A stretch of DNA of 52,385 nt from an uncultured bacterium (GTDB taxonomy: Bacteria; Patescibacteriota; Andersenbacteria; UBA10190; CAIZMI01). The notes under the pieces are model-generated. The model was not told where the DNA came from, searched no databases, and was given only the letters and a program-made list of their open reading frames with translations. The first letter of the stretch is position 1; every line of letters starts with the position of its first letter. A program made the position numbers and the translations under genes. The DNA is taken from NCBI GenBank assembly GCA_903934015.1, contig CAIZMI010000041.1, positions 1-52,385 on the forward strand, in the 5' to 3' direction. Below, piece after piece: positions 7,490-16,760 of this stretch.

Positions 7490-10252
7490 ATGAAGTGGAA
7501 TAAAATGAGCTTGTTTAAAATCAAAATTAAAATATTCTTTGTTCTCGTTATCTTGGGGCTTCTTTGTTTTCGATTTATACCAAGCGTTCATGCTGATGGC
7601 GAAAACTGGCTTACCGGTTATGGTTATCGAAAAGCCATTACAATAACAGGATCATCGAGTGGAGCCTTAACTAATTATCAACTTAAGTTTTTATTGAACA
7701 AAGGCGCCGGTAGCGATAGCGGTAATACGATTTATCTGGGAACAAATGTCCTTGATAGTTTCAATGACATCCGTTTTGCTACTAGCGACGGCAACACGGC
7801 GCTTGATTATTGGGTACAGTCTGTTTCCGGAATCGTTGCGACAGTGTGGGTGGAAGTGGATAGTGTTCCAGCCAATCCCAGCACAAAAACGATATATCTT
7901 TATTACGGAAAGGCTGGTGCTTCAAGCGCGAGCAATGGCGATAATACTTTCGCGTTTTATGATGATTTCAATGATGACAGTATTGATACAAACAAGTGGA
8001 CTGTTTCCACGGATAATGCCGTACTTGCCTCTTATTCCGAATCTGGCGGTTACGCCCGTTTAACTGGTACAGCATCCGGGTCGTGGCACTCGGCTTCTTG
8101 GGAAGCCAAAAACACATTTGGTCCGGGATACGCGCTTACAGCTTCTCAATATTATTCAGATTTCGTTTTTCCTTCAAACATTACTGCTCAAATGGGGTTT
8201 ACCAGCGCCGACTGGAATGATCGTTTGGCGATGAATATTCAGTCTCTTAATTGGGCTTCACCGTCTAATTCATATAAAATTGAATCCGCTAAGAGTGGTA
8301 CCGCAAGTTACTCAAACATCAGCAGTCCACACAATGCTTGGCGCACTTACGATTTTATTTGGACTCCAACTGTAAATAAAATCATAATAAATGGAGTAAC
8401 CGAGGCTACCATAAGTGATACAAGCTATATCTCCACCGATACGGCACTTAATCCAAAAATAATTCTTCAACCAGGAGCGGGAAACGGATATGTTTATACG
8501 GATTGGTTTATGGTGCGAAAGTATGTGAACAATGAACCCACTGTATCTGCGGGTGCGGAAGCAACGCCTGACTCAACACCTCCCACTATCCAAACATATT
8601 CTCCCGCCAATAATGCGACCAGTGTTTCATCTACGGCGAATTTGGTATTGGCATTCAATGAAAATATTACGGCGGTAACCGGAAAAAATATCACCATTAA
8701 AAAAGTATCAGACAACTCCGAGATCGAGACAGTTGCCGCTGATGACACCGGAAAAGTGACGATTGTAAACAATACGGCAAGCATTAATCCGGCTACCGTT
8801 TTGGATGATGTCACGCAGTATTATGTTTCAGTGGAAGCCGGCGCTTTTAAGGATTTATTCAATAATTCGTTTGCCGGTATCACCGACAGTACAACCTGGA
8901 GATTTACCACAAGCGATTCTGCTGCCCCGACCGTAGTTGCTCTCAGTCCGGTCAGTGGGTCTTTCGGGGTGCAGTTAAGTGGAAATTTGGCCATTGAATT
9001 CAACGAGAATGTGAATGTCGGCAGTGGCAGTGTGAGTATCTTTAATAAGTTCACAGACGTATTGGTGGAAGCGGTAGACGTGACGAGTGGGCAAGTGACA
9101 GGCGGTGGAACTTCGATAATTTCAATAAACCCGACTACAAATTTGGTGTATGCAACGGATTATTATATAAAAATTGATCCTACTGCTTTTACCGATTCTT
9201 CGAGTAACTCCTATTCGGGTATTTCCGATAAAACTTCGTGGGTATTGCAAACAGTGTTAGCTCCTGCATCATCAGTTGAATCAAGTGTCTCATCGGGTTC
9301 ACAAAAAAAACTACCGGATCCGGTGCACACGATAGATGTAAATGAGAAGGAGGTAAAAAGTGTAGACAGGAAAATTTTATCAAAGATTGAAGTTGAGCAA
9401 GATGCGCCGTTTGTGTTGCATGTCAAAGCGCCCGATCCAGATCAGGTAAAAAACGTTGTTGTAACAATAAATAAAAAAACGTACAAACTTGCCTTGGCAA
9501 AGGACAAAAAAGGTAACCCGGAATTTTTCATCAAATTGGCATTGTCAAAACCCGGAAATTATCCATATTCCATTATTTCTGATTATGGTTCAACGGTTCG
9601 TCGTGCAAAAGGTGAGGTTATTATTAAAAAGAAAGCAGTAGCTGTAATATTGCCTTCCCCAAAACCAATTTATTCAAAGCAAAATATTGTGAAAGAAAAG
9701 CCTTTTCTCATAAAGCAAAAACCAACTGCTAATAATGTTGTTGAGAAAAGCAAGATTGAGAAAAAGACGGAAGTTGCGCCAACTGTTCCGACGATGATAA
9801 CCACTGTACCCGAATCTTCGCTTGAGATACCAACTGAAAAGATACCCAATGAAACATGGATCGATCTCACCTTCAATCTGTTTAAAACAACCGGGTCAAA
9901 AACAAGTTCGATGATTTCCAATACGTCTCGCTCGTTTGTTGGATTATTTGTAGGGACGGGAGAAAAAATAGCGAAATTATTTGAAAAAAATCCCGCGCAT
10001 GTTTATCGAAAAGTGACTGTGAAGTTGACTTCGGAGGAGGGGACGCCTCTTATTGGTGCGACGGTTACTATTTCGTCGGAACCGCAGACGGCTGTTAGTG
10101 ATAGTGACGGAAAGGTTCAGTTTGAAAACATTGAAGCGGGAAAACATCAATTGAAAGTTGATTATCAGGGATATTCAACCAAACAAGCATTATCAATAAC
10201 CGAACCTGTTACAGAAGTAACAATTAATATCACGGCGGTTTTTAAAAAATAA
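7490..10252 (+). CDS. Giant secreted surface protein (920 aa). Signal peptide, DUF2341/LamG-like N-domain, three tandem Ig-like (SbsA/Big-type) domains, and a conserved C-terminal region with a carboxypeptidase-regulatory-like beta domain.
   Basis: Signal peptide; GYGYRKAITITG...NYQLKF...FNDIRFATSDGNTALDYWVQ matches the DUF2341 signature. ~100-aa repeats span nt ~8578-9245. The C-terminal ~330 aa is ~70% identical to the paralog at 19946-22408. Confidence 0.7.
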   Translation: MKWNKMSLFKIKIKIFFVLVILGLLCFRFIPSVHADGENWLTGYGYRKAITITGSSSGALTNYQLKFLLNKGAGSDSGNTIYLGTNVLDSFNDIRFATSDGNTALDYWVQSVSGIVATVWVEVDSVPANPSTKTIYLYYGKAGASSASNGDNTFAFYDDFNDDSIDTNKWTVSTDNAVLASYSESGGYARLTGTASGSWHSASWEAKNTFGPGYALTASQYYSDFVFPSNITAQMGFTSADWNDRLAMNIQSLNWASPSNSYKIESAKSGTASYSNISSPHNAWRTYDFIWTPTVNKIIINGVTEATISDTSYISTDTALNPKIILQPGAGNGYVYTDWFMVRKYVNNEPTVSAGAEATPDSTPPTIQTYSPANNATSVSSTANLVLAFNENITAVTGKNITIKKVSDNSEIETVAADDTGKVTIVNNTASINPATVLDDVTQYYVSVEAGAFKDLFNNSFAGITDSTTWRFTTSDSAAPTVVALSPVSGSFGVQLSGNLAIEFNENVNVGSGSVSIFNKFTDVLVEAVDVTSGQVTGGGTSIISINPTTNLVYATDYYIKIDPTAFTDSSSNSYSGISDKTSWVLQTVLAPASSVESSVSSGSQKKLPDPVHTIDVNEKEVKSVDRKILSKIEVEQDAPFVLHVKAPDPDQVKNVVVTINKKTYKLALAKDKKGNPEFFIKLALSKPGNYPYSIISDYGSTVRRAKGEVIIKKKAVAVILPSPKPIYSKQNIVKEKPFLIKQKPTANNVVEKSKIEKKTEVAPTVPTMITTVPESSLEIPTEKIPNETWIDLTFNLFKTTGSKTSSMISNTSRSFVGLFVGTGEKIAKLFEKNPAHVYRKVTVKLTSEEGTPLIGATVTISSEPQTAVSDSDGKVQFENIEAGKHQLKVDYQGYSTKQALSITEPVTEVTINITAVFKK

Positions 10253-10325
10253 ACGTTGTGGATATTGTTAATTAAACAATGGTGTAGGCAAAAGTTTGGT
10301 AATATAATTTTCTAAAATTATTTCA

Positions 10326-11729
10326 TTAGCGCATTGAGCGGCCTTGGGTGTCCTTCAGCCACTGAATGGTGCCGCCTAGTTTCTCAGGGGTATTCTTATC
10401 CGTGTTGATGCGATTGAACCAATAATCTTTTTCATCCTCGTTCGCATCGCGTTGGTGGGTAAAATAGAAAAAATAAGGAAACCATTTATTTTCCAGGACG
10501 GAGCTGTCGAGTTCCGCGTTTAATGGTGTGCGGGCCGGATTGTTTCCCGACTTTTTCGCGCCCTTCATTGCATTCAGCAGTTCAGCTTTGTTTTTTACTT
10601 CGCCGTTGTATGCATAATCCACCCAAAACTGATTGTCATTCACCGACGGGTCACGATCGAAAACGCTCATAAAAATATTATTCATATCGGCAATGAGTGC
10701 GCGGATTTCCGGTCGCACGCGGGTTAGGTTATGTGCCGTATTAGGGGCAGATTTTGCGCCACTTGTTGTACTGCTGTTTGTGTTTGGGGCAATTGTATTT
10801 TTGAATGCTCGCACGTCTTCTCCGGTTGCGTATTTGGTGAAAATTTCGGGGTACTCTTTTCTCGCCTGATTTGCCCCACTCATCGCATTTAAAATTTCAG
10901 GACTGGCAATTTTTCTTCTTTTTCCTCCTTGCATCAAGTAAACATCTTTTCCAATTCCAATAAACCAGCCATCCGGATATTTGTCGATGTTTACACCACG
11001 ACGTAGTGTCGCCAGTTGCGCTGACGACAAAGCAACGCGCTGGCTCTCATCCGGATTTCCGTCGGCTTCATAGAAGCGGTCTTTGAGGTATAAATGTTTT
11101 TCAATTTTTCCATCACCGGCTTCCGTTGTCTTCCACATTCGTCCACCGTGATAATGTCCGTCGTAAAATACAAATCCGCCAGGGATTGATTTTCCATCCA
11201 AGGGTTTGCCGGTAGAGAATTGGGTCAGGTGCGCATCAGTGGTGGCGTATAGATTATTTGCGGGGAATTTTAATGTGGCGCGAGCCGTGGTCGACAATTC
11301 TCGTTTTCTCATTTTGTCATCAATGAAATACTGTTTCCCCGAAGATCCTTTTAAAACCTTCCCGACGTAAATTTTATTGACAGCATTACCTTGCGGGTAG
11401 CGGGCAAAATCCTCCGTTGAAATAGTGCGGATAATGTCGCGTTTGAAAAAATGATTTTCGCCAAGCCAGCGGTCCAAAATACTGTTCAAAATTAAAGTCG
11501 TTTTACCGTCGCGAATTTGGTAAACATTATTGTTTGTGGCTTTTTTTACTAATGTGCCGTTTGGCAGGAAATTGGGATTATGGTTTGAAGGGTAGAATTT
11601 TTTATCAACCCTGAAACCGCTTGGGGTCTTCGTCGTCGCGACACCTTGTACTGTTCCACCGGCAAAAGAATCGGAGGCGGAGATAATCGTACCAACCAGC
11701 AATGCGCCTAAAAATAATTTGTTCCTCAT
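10326..11729 (-). CDS. Secreted protein with two C-terminal DUF4214-like repeats
   Basis: Start at the internal ATG (MRNKLFLGALLVG signal peptide) rather than the ORF-track start. Repeats IFMSVFDRDPSVNDNQFWV and the DEKDYWFNRI repeat fit DUF4214. Confidence 0.55.
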   Translation of the reverse strand: MRNKLFLGALLVGTIISASDSFAGGTVQGVATTKTPSGFRVDKKFYPSNHNPNFLPNGTLVKKATNNNVYQIRDGKTTLILNSILDRWLGENHFFKRDIIRTISTEDFARYPQGNAVNKIYVGKVLKGSSGKQYFIDDKMRKRELSTTARATLKFPANNLYATTDAHLTQFSTGKPLDGKSIPGGFVFYDGHYHGGRMWKTTEAGDGKIEKHLYLKDRFYEADGNPDESQRVALSSAQLATLRRGVNIDKYPDGWFIGIGKDVYLMQGGKRRKIASPEILNAMSGANQARKEYPEIFTKYATGEDVRAFKNTIAPNTNSSTTSGAKSAPNTAHNLTRVRPEIRALIADMNNIFMSVFDRDPSVNDNQFWVDYAYNGEVKNKAELLNAMKGAKKSGNNPARTPLNAELDSSVLENKWFPYFFYFTHQRDANEDEKDYWFNRINTDKNTPEKLGGTIQWLKDTQGRSMR

Positions 11730-11802
11730 ATTTTGAATTATCGCATATAGCAAAGTCAACGGCAAAAGCCTCTTGATTTTATTCGAAGTGTATAATGTGG
11801 TT

Positions 11803-12150
11803 ATGGCCACATCTCAATCAACTGTCGATTTCATTTTGGACCAATTAGTGAGAGAGGGACGGGCGAGAGCGAAAAAAATGTTTGGTGAATATGCTTTGTA
11901 TTTTGACGACAAGGTTGTCGGTCTCGTGTGCAACGATACTTTGTATATTAAAATTACCGAACAGGGAAAGGAATTTGTCGGAAAATATTATAAAGAAGGA
12001 TATGCTTATCCTGGCGCGAAAGTTTCAATGGAGATTGATGGTGGACAAATGGAGGATCGCGAGTGGCTCTGTAATTTGGTCCGTATTACATCAGAAAATG
12101 TGCCTTTTCCTAAACCAAAGAAATCCAGGAAAAGAAAGAGTCCCAAGTAA
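11803..12150 (+). CDS. TfoX/Sxy N-terminal-domain protein
   Basis: MFGEYALYFDDKVVGLVCNDTLYIK matches TfoX_N; basic lysine-rich tail. The ATG at 11803 is preferred. Confidence 0.55.
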   Translation: MATSQSTVDFILDQLVREGRARAKKMFGEYALYFDDKVVGLVCNDTLYIKITEQGKEFVGKYYKEGYAYPGAKVSMEIDGGQMEDREWLCNLVRITSENVPFPKPKKSRKRKSPK

Positions 12151-12260
12151 TAATTAAATAGAGTTTTGTAGTTAAAAACGCGAGAGCGGGAATAAATAAA
12201 CCTGGGTCTCAAGTGGAATAGTTCTGTTGCATTGGGTTATTTCTGAGCTATTATTGTCAA

Positions 12261-13361
12261 ATGATTACGGCTACTGGAAAACTTGAAGTTTTTGGGTATG
12301 ATGCATTTTTCGAGTCAGGTAGAGTTGAATTGGGGTTGCTTGATTGTGAGGTGGCGCGGGTTACCGTGATGAGTCGTGGGCAATACAAAGTTATTGGTAA
12401 GAATGGCGAGTTTTTGGCAAAAATTACTGGTAAGATGATGTTTACCGCTAACGCCACGGAGGATTATCCGGCAGTTGGAGATTGGGTGGCGATTAAAGAA
12501 CTGGAAAACAAACAAGCAGTAATAAAAGCAGTGCTCCCACGTAAGACTATAATAAAAAGAAAGTACGGAGATAAGAACCAGGCCGGCGACAAAAATGAAA
12601 CGCAAATTATCGGAGCTAACATTGATGAAGCATTTGTTGTTGAATCGACCGATCGCGATTTTAATCTTAATCGTTTTGAAAGATATTTTGTCATTTTGAG
12701 TGAAGCGGGCGTTAAGCCGGTGATCGTGTTAAACAAGATTGATTTAATTTCGAAAGAAGAGCTTGAGATAAAATTGGTTGAACTTAAAGAAAGATTTAAA
12801 AACGTTATGGTTATTGCCACTAGCACTATTGATGATAGCGGGCTTGATACCTTGATGACGTATTTATTGCCTGGCAAGACTTATTGTTTTCTGGGCTCTT
12901 CCGGTGTTGGAAAATCCACTTTGATAAATAAACTGATTGGGAAATATGTTGCTTCGACGGCAGAAATTAGTGAACAATCCAAAAGGGGGAAGCACATAAC
13001 GACAATGCGCAATATGTATTTTTTAAAAAACGGCGCAATAGTGATCGATAATCCCGGCATGAGAGAGATTGGAATCATTGCCGGTGACGCTGATAGCGTA
13101 TTTGGAGAAATTGCGGTTTTGGCCGGGCAATGCAAGTTTAAAGATTGTACTCATACTCAGGAACCGGGATGCAGAGTTCTTGAGGAGTTAAGTGATGGAA
13201 AATTAAATGAAGAAAAATATTCAAATTACCTGAACCTAAAAAAAGAAACTGATAATTCGCAGATGTCGAATTGGGAAAAAAGAAAAGCGGACCGTGACTT
13301 TGGAAAGTTCATCAATAAAGCCAAGAAAGATTTGAAGAAATTTAAGGGTGGCGGAGTGTAG
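12261..13361 (+). CDS. rsgA: Ribosome small-subunit-dependent GTPase A
   Basis: Circularly permuted GTPase motifs: LNKIDL (G4), GSSGVGKSTLINKL (G1), and the C-terminal zinc knuckle CKFKDCTHTQEPGC. Confidence 0.85.
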   Translation: MITATGKLEVFGYDAFFESGRVELGLLDCEVARVTVMSRGQYKVIGKNGEFLAKITGKMMFTANATEDYPAVGDWVAIKELENKQAVIKAVLPRKTIIKRKYGDKNQAGDKNETQIIGANIDEAFVVESTDRDFNLNRFERYFVILSEAGVKPVIVLNKIDLISKEELEIKLVELKERFKNVMVIATSTIDDSGLDTLMTYLLPGKTYCFLGSSGVGKSTLINKLIGKYVASTAEISEQSKRGKHITTMRNMYFLKNGAIVIDNPGMREIGIIAGDADSVFGEIAVLAGQCKFKDCTHTQEPGCRVLEELSDGKLNEEKYSNYLNLKKETDNSQMSNWEKRKADRDFGKFINKAKKDLKKFKGGGV

Positions 13362-13467
13362 TTGTGGTATTAAAAGTGTGCTAAGTTTGTAACCAAGAAG
13401 GGGTAAATCGTTCGACAATTAACTAATATAAAAATAAATAATGAATAAATAAACATCGTTACTAGTT

Positions 13468-14049
13468 TTGGCCTTAATAGTCATTTTGGCTGGAGGTTAT
13501 ATATATTACCAGTTTGCCTTTTCTGGCTCACAAAATTCAAAAAGGATGAATGGTGGTAATAATCAAAATGGGGTAGGCAACATTAACAAGGGAAATTGTT
13601 CATCTGACGAGTGTTTGGCGGTAAGCAATTTTGACTATCCGGTCGCCGGCTTGTCTGAAGAAGCGAAGGTTGCTCTTGGCAAAGCAATTGATGATGAATT
13701 TAAGGCGCATGCCGTTTATCAAAACGTCATAAATAAATTCGGAATGGTTAGGCCGTTCTCGATGATTATTCGGGCGGAGGAACAACACATATCTTCGCTC
13801 AAATCATTGTTTGATAAGTATGGTTTGCAAATTCCAGAAGATGTGTGGATTAGTGGCAAGATTTTAATTCCAACTACTCTTCAGCAAGCTTGCCAAACAG
13901 GAGTTGACGCGGAAATTGCAAACGCCAAACTGTATAAAGACGAGCTACTTCCAAGCGTTACCGATTACGTAGATATTACCGGTGTCTTTACGAGTTTAAT
14001 GAACGCATCTGAACAAAAGCATTTGGTGGCGTTTGAAAAGTGTAATTAA
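13468..14049 (+). CDS. DUF2202 (ferritin-like domain) protein with an N-terminal membrane anchor
   Basis: LSEEAKVALGKAIDDEFKAHAVY...RAEEQHISSL fits the DUF2202 ferritin-like motifs; TTG start. Confidence 0.5.
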   Translation: MALIVILAGGYIYYQFAFSGSQNSKRMNGGNNQNGVGNINKGNCSSDECLAVSNFDYPVAGLSEEAKVALGKAIDDEFKAHAVYQNVINKFGMVRPFSMIIRAEEQHISSLKSLFDKYGLQIPEDVWISGKILIPTTLQQACQTGVDAEIANAKLYKDELLPSVTDYVDITGVFTSLMNASEQKHLVAFEKCN

Positions 14050-14061
14050 AGAACGAGGAAT

Positions 14062-14093
14062 AAAAAAATACCGCTCAAGGCGGTATTTTTTTT
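14062..14093. terminator. Bidirectional rho-independent terminator between convergent genes
   Basis: AAAAAATACCGC-TCAAG-GCGGTATTTTTTT; 7-bp GC-containing stem flanked by A and T runs. Confidence 0.7.
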
Positions 14094-14127
14094 ATTCGGG
14101 ATTGGTGTTATTTAGACCTTTTTATCG

Positions 14128-14319
14128 TTACATTGCGTCCGTATTTATTCCGAGAAGTTTGTAGAGCAGGCAAAAACCGGTGATGGCTGTGAATAACATA
14201 ATTGCGGCCAGGACATAAAGAACGATTTGGATAATCCCTGTAGTGAACAAGGCGATGATAAATATAACAACCGCAGCGATTACGCGAATTATTCGATCTG
14301 TTGAGCTTTCGTTTTTCAT
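14128..14319 (-). CDS. DUF2892 (YgaP-like) small membrane protein
   Basis: Internal ATG start (MKNESSTDRIIRV...); two TM helices and a C-terminal cysteine. Last gene of the arsR-grx operon. Confidence 0.5.
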   Translation of the reverse strand: MKNESSTDRIIRVIAAVVIFIIALFTTGIIQIVLYVLAAIMLFTAITGFCLLYKLLGINTDAM

Positions 14320-14350
14320 TTTAGGTATTCTTATGGTTAATAGATTCAGT

Positions 14351-14611
14351 CTACGCTTTTTGTAGCAATAGTTCTGTAAGCTGGGTTCGGTCGAATCCGA
14401 CCACATAAACCGGCTCGCCTTCAGCGTATGTAAGTTCAGTGACTGGCACACCCATTTGTTGTGTTTTGCTTACCATTTCTCGGGCAGCATCTTCGTTGGT
14501 GTCTACGTAAACAATCTCGTGTTTAATGTTATTTTCGTCTAGCCACGATTTTTCCATTTTGCAATATGGACAGGAAAGAGTGGAGTAAATTTTTACGTTT
14601 GTTGGTTGCAT
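14351..14611 (-). CDS. Glutaredoxin / NrdH-like redoxin
   Basis: CPYC active site near the N-terminus (STLSCPYCKMEK); 86 aa. Confidence 0.75.
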   Translation of the reverse strand: MQPTNVKIYSTLSCPYCKMEKSWLDENNIKHEIVYVDTNEDAAREMVSKTQQMGVPVTELTYAEGEPVYVVGFDRTQLTELLLQKA

Positions 14612-14615
14612 ATAA

Positions 14616-14882
14616 TTATTTATTATTGATAAAAGTTAAGATTGAATGAGCAATTTTTGCTGTCTTCGCACTGGCGAGGGAATAGTGGATTTCTGCGCCA
14701 TTGCGCTTAGTTTTCACTAATCCAGATTTTCTTAGTTTCGCAAGATGCTGCGAGACTGCAGACTGCGAAAGAGTGCAGGTGTTAATTAGTTCCTGTACGT
14801 TCTTTCCTTTTTTGCTTAAGCAACTGATTAGTCGCAAACGAACGGGGTTTGCAATAGTTGCGAGCAGCTGTTTGTCATCCAT
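14616..14882 (-). CDS. ArsR/SmtB-family metalloregulator (HTH)
   Basis: 88-aa wHTH protein; LRLRLISCL and TLSQSAVSQHLAKLRKSGLV are typical ArsR helices. Confidence 0.75.
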   Translation of the reverse strand: MDDKQLLATIANPVRLRLISCLSKKGKNVQELINTCTLSQSAVSQHLAKLRKSGLVKTKRNGAEIHYSLASAKTAKIAHSILTFINNK

Positions 14883-14888
14883 AAATAC

Positions 14889-14908
14889 ATATTAGCAGGT
14901 GCTAATAT
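14889..14908. promoter_or_regulatory. Inverted repeat ATATTAGCA-GG-TGCTAATAT immediately upstream of arsR. Candidate autoregulatory operator.
   Basis: 9/10-matching palindromic arms centred 7-26 bp upstream of the ArsR start, in the divergent intergenic region. Confidence 0.35.
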
Positions 14909-14989
14909 ATTGTCAAGTGAAAGTAAAAACGAGGGTTGGTTGTATTAGGGGCGCAATGAAGAAAAACATTATGAAGGGAGGTGAAATAG

Positions 14990-15364
14990 ATGAATAAAAC
15001 ATTATTGGGGCTAGGAGCTTTGGCTCTATTGGCTGGTGGAGTGGCAATGACGCTTCCGAGCGTGGCAAGCGCGTATCGTGGCGACCCAAATATTAAGGGT
15101 CCAAATTATACGGCTGAGCGCCATACGGCGATGGAAGCCGCCTTTGAGAAAGGAGACTACAATGCCTGGAAAAATTTAATGCAGGGTCGTGGTCGCGTTA
15201 CACAAGTTGTAACTAAGGATAATTTTTCAAAGTTTGCTCAAATTCACCAATTGACCGAAGAAGGCAAGACAGCTGAGGCACAGAAAATTCGTCAAGAACT
15301 TGGCTTGGGATTGCAAAACGGAACGGGAAAAGGAATGGGAATGGGACAGAATAGAAACCGTTAA
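14990..15364 (+). CDS. Small secreted protein, unknown function
   Basis: Strong SD (AAGGGAGGTG) upstream, signal peptide, and a Gly/Met-rich tail. Confidence 0.5.
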   Translation: MNKTLLGLGALALLAGGVAMTLPSVASAYRGDPNIKGPNYTAERHTAMEAAFEKGDYNAWKNLMQGRGRVTQVVTKDNFSKFAQIHQLTEEGKTAEAQKIRQELGLGLQNGTGKGMGMGQNRNR

Positions 15365-15435
15365 TCTGTAAGAAAATTGGGGTTGTGCCTTGGTGTTAAA
15401 CCGAGGCACAATACCCAAATGGCGACTATGAGTCT

Positions 15436-15981
15436 ATGATTGAGTACGAAGAAAAAACCGATGAAGAATTAGTGGAAATTATTCGGTCGGTAGATCGAGA
15501 ATTATTTTCAGTGATTATTGATCGGTATGAAAAAAAATTATTTAGATATGCGTTTAACCTGATTAAGAATGAGTTAAAAGCATCTGACATCGTACAAGAG
15601 GCATTCATCAAGTCTTTTATAAACCTCAAGGGCTTTGATACAAAAAAGAAGTTCTCGAGCTGGATCTATCGCATTGTTCATAACGAAGCAATGAATAGTG
15701 TAAAAAAATATCGCAAGGAGGTACCAATTCTGGATGATATGGATTTTCAGAGTAATGAAAACATTGAAAAAGATTTTGAAAAGAAAGAAATTAGTGAAGA
15801 AGTAGTGCAGTGTATGGATCAGTTGCCGTTAATGTATGCGGAACCGCTCGCGTTATATTATTTTGAAGATAAAACATATGATGAAATTAGTGATATTTTG
15901 CACATCCCGCCCGGGACTGTTGCGATTCGCATTAAGAGATCGAAGATTATTATGAAAAAAATATGTCAAACGAAGAGATAA
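15436..15981 (+). CDS. ECF-type sigma-70 family RNA polymerase sigma factor
   Basis: Region 2 (FSSWIYRIVHNEAMN) and region 4 HTH (YDEISDILHIPPGTVAIRIKR). Confidence 0.75.
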   Translation: MIEYEEKTDEELVEIIRSVDRELFSVIIDRYEKKLFRYAFNLIKNELKASDIVQEAFIKSFINLKGFDTKKKFSSWIYRIVHNEAMNSVKKYRKEVPILDDMDFQSNENIEKDFEKKEISEEVVQCMDQLPLMYAEPLALYYFEDKTYDEISDILHIPPGTVAIRIKRSKIIMKKICQTKR

Positions 15982-16439
15982 AAATTAAAGACGCGGTGAT
16001 GGAAAAAATTCGTCACGATGAAATAAAAATGCGCCCAACTATTTACTATATCGGCGGGTCGATTTTAATGCTTGTTGGGCTGGTTGCGTCGGTTGTGCTA
16101 TCTGTTTTCCTGGTGAGCTTGGTCCAATTTTCTTTACGTTCTCATGGACCAATGGGTCAGTATCGCTTAGATCAGTTATTGGGAAGCTTTCCTTGGTGGA
16201 CGATTCCGGTTGCAGTGGTGGGATTAGTTGCCGGAGTTATCATCTTACGTCGTTACGAGGTTGTCTATAAGCACAATGCGTGGTTGGTAGTTTCCGGATT
16301 CATTTTGTCTGTGTTGTTGGCTGGGATATTAATCAACTTAACCGGTTTGGATAATATTTGGTTAAAACGCGGTCCGATGCGGGGAATGCTGAGAAACAAT
16401 AGTCAAACACAGACTTTTGAGGATTTTAGAAGAAGATAG
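15963..16439 (+). CDS. Membrane protein co-transcribed with the ECF sigma; putative anti-sigma factor
   Basis: Overlaps the sigma gene 3' end by 19 nt; N-terminal cytoplasmic segment followed by TM helices. Confidence 0.4.
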   Translation: MSNEEIKIKDAVMEKIRHDEIKMRPTIYYIGGSILMLVGLVASVVLSVFLVSLVQFSLRSHGPMGQYRLDQLLGSFPWWTIPVAVVGLVAGVIILRRYEVVYKHNAWLVVSGFILSVLLAGILINLTGLDNIWLKRGPMRGMLRNNSQTQTFEDFRRR

Positions 16440-16490
16440 TAGTATGATGGCGAACTCACGGGATAAGCATTAATTTTTTTCGTTAATTAG

Positions 16491-16760
16491 ATGAAAATAA
16501 AAGTGTACGGATCAGGTTGTTCTACATGTAAAAGTCTTTTCGAACGCGTAAAGAAGGTAATCATTGAAAACGAAATAACTGCTGAGGTGGAACATATTAC
16601 CGATGTTCAAGCAATGATCGATATGGGTTTTATTCAAAGCCCGGCGCTTGTGATTGATGGGGTACCGGTTTTGGCCGGCCATATTCCCAGTGAGGAACAA
16701 ATATTAGAAATAATTAAACTGAATAAGGAGACTGACATCAATCGGGAGGAAAAACAGTAA
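16491..16760 (+). CDS. Thioredoxin-fold small redox-active disulfide protein (TM0983 / thioredoxin_3-like)
   Basis: MKIKVYGSGCSTCKSL; CxxC near the N-terminus; 89 aa. Confidence 0.6.
   Translation: MKIKVYGSGCSTCKSLFERVKKVIIENEITAEVEHITDVQAMIDMGFIQSPALVIDGVPVLAGHIPSEEQILEIIKLNKETDINREEKQ

Noticed and set aside
8494-9921. Minus-strand ORFs (8494-8814, 8821-9054, 9189-9426, 9670-9921) inside the first giant surface-protein gene
   Set aside because: They are antisense to a long, domain-rich coding region with clear homology-type structure, and so are typical spurious antisense ORFs. The same applies to 20428-21633 inside the second giant gene, 32056-32571 inside the helicase, and 34003-35618 inside the MVP gene.
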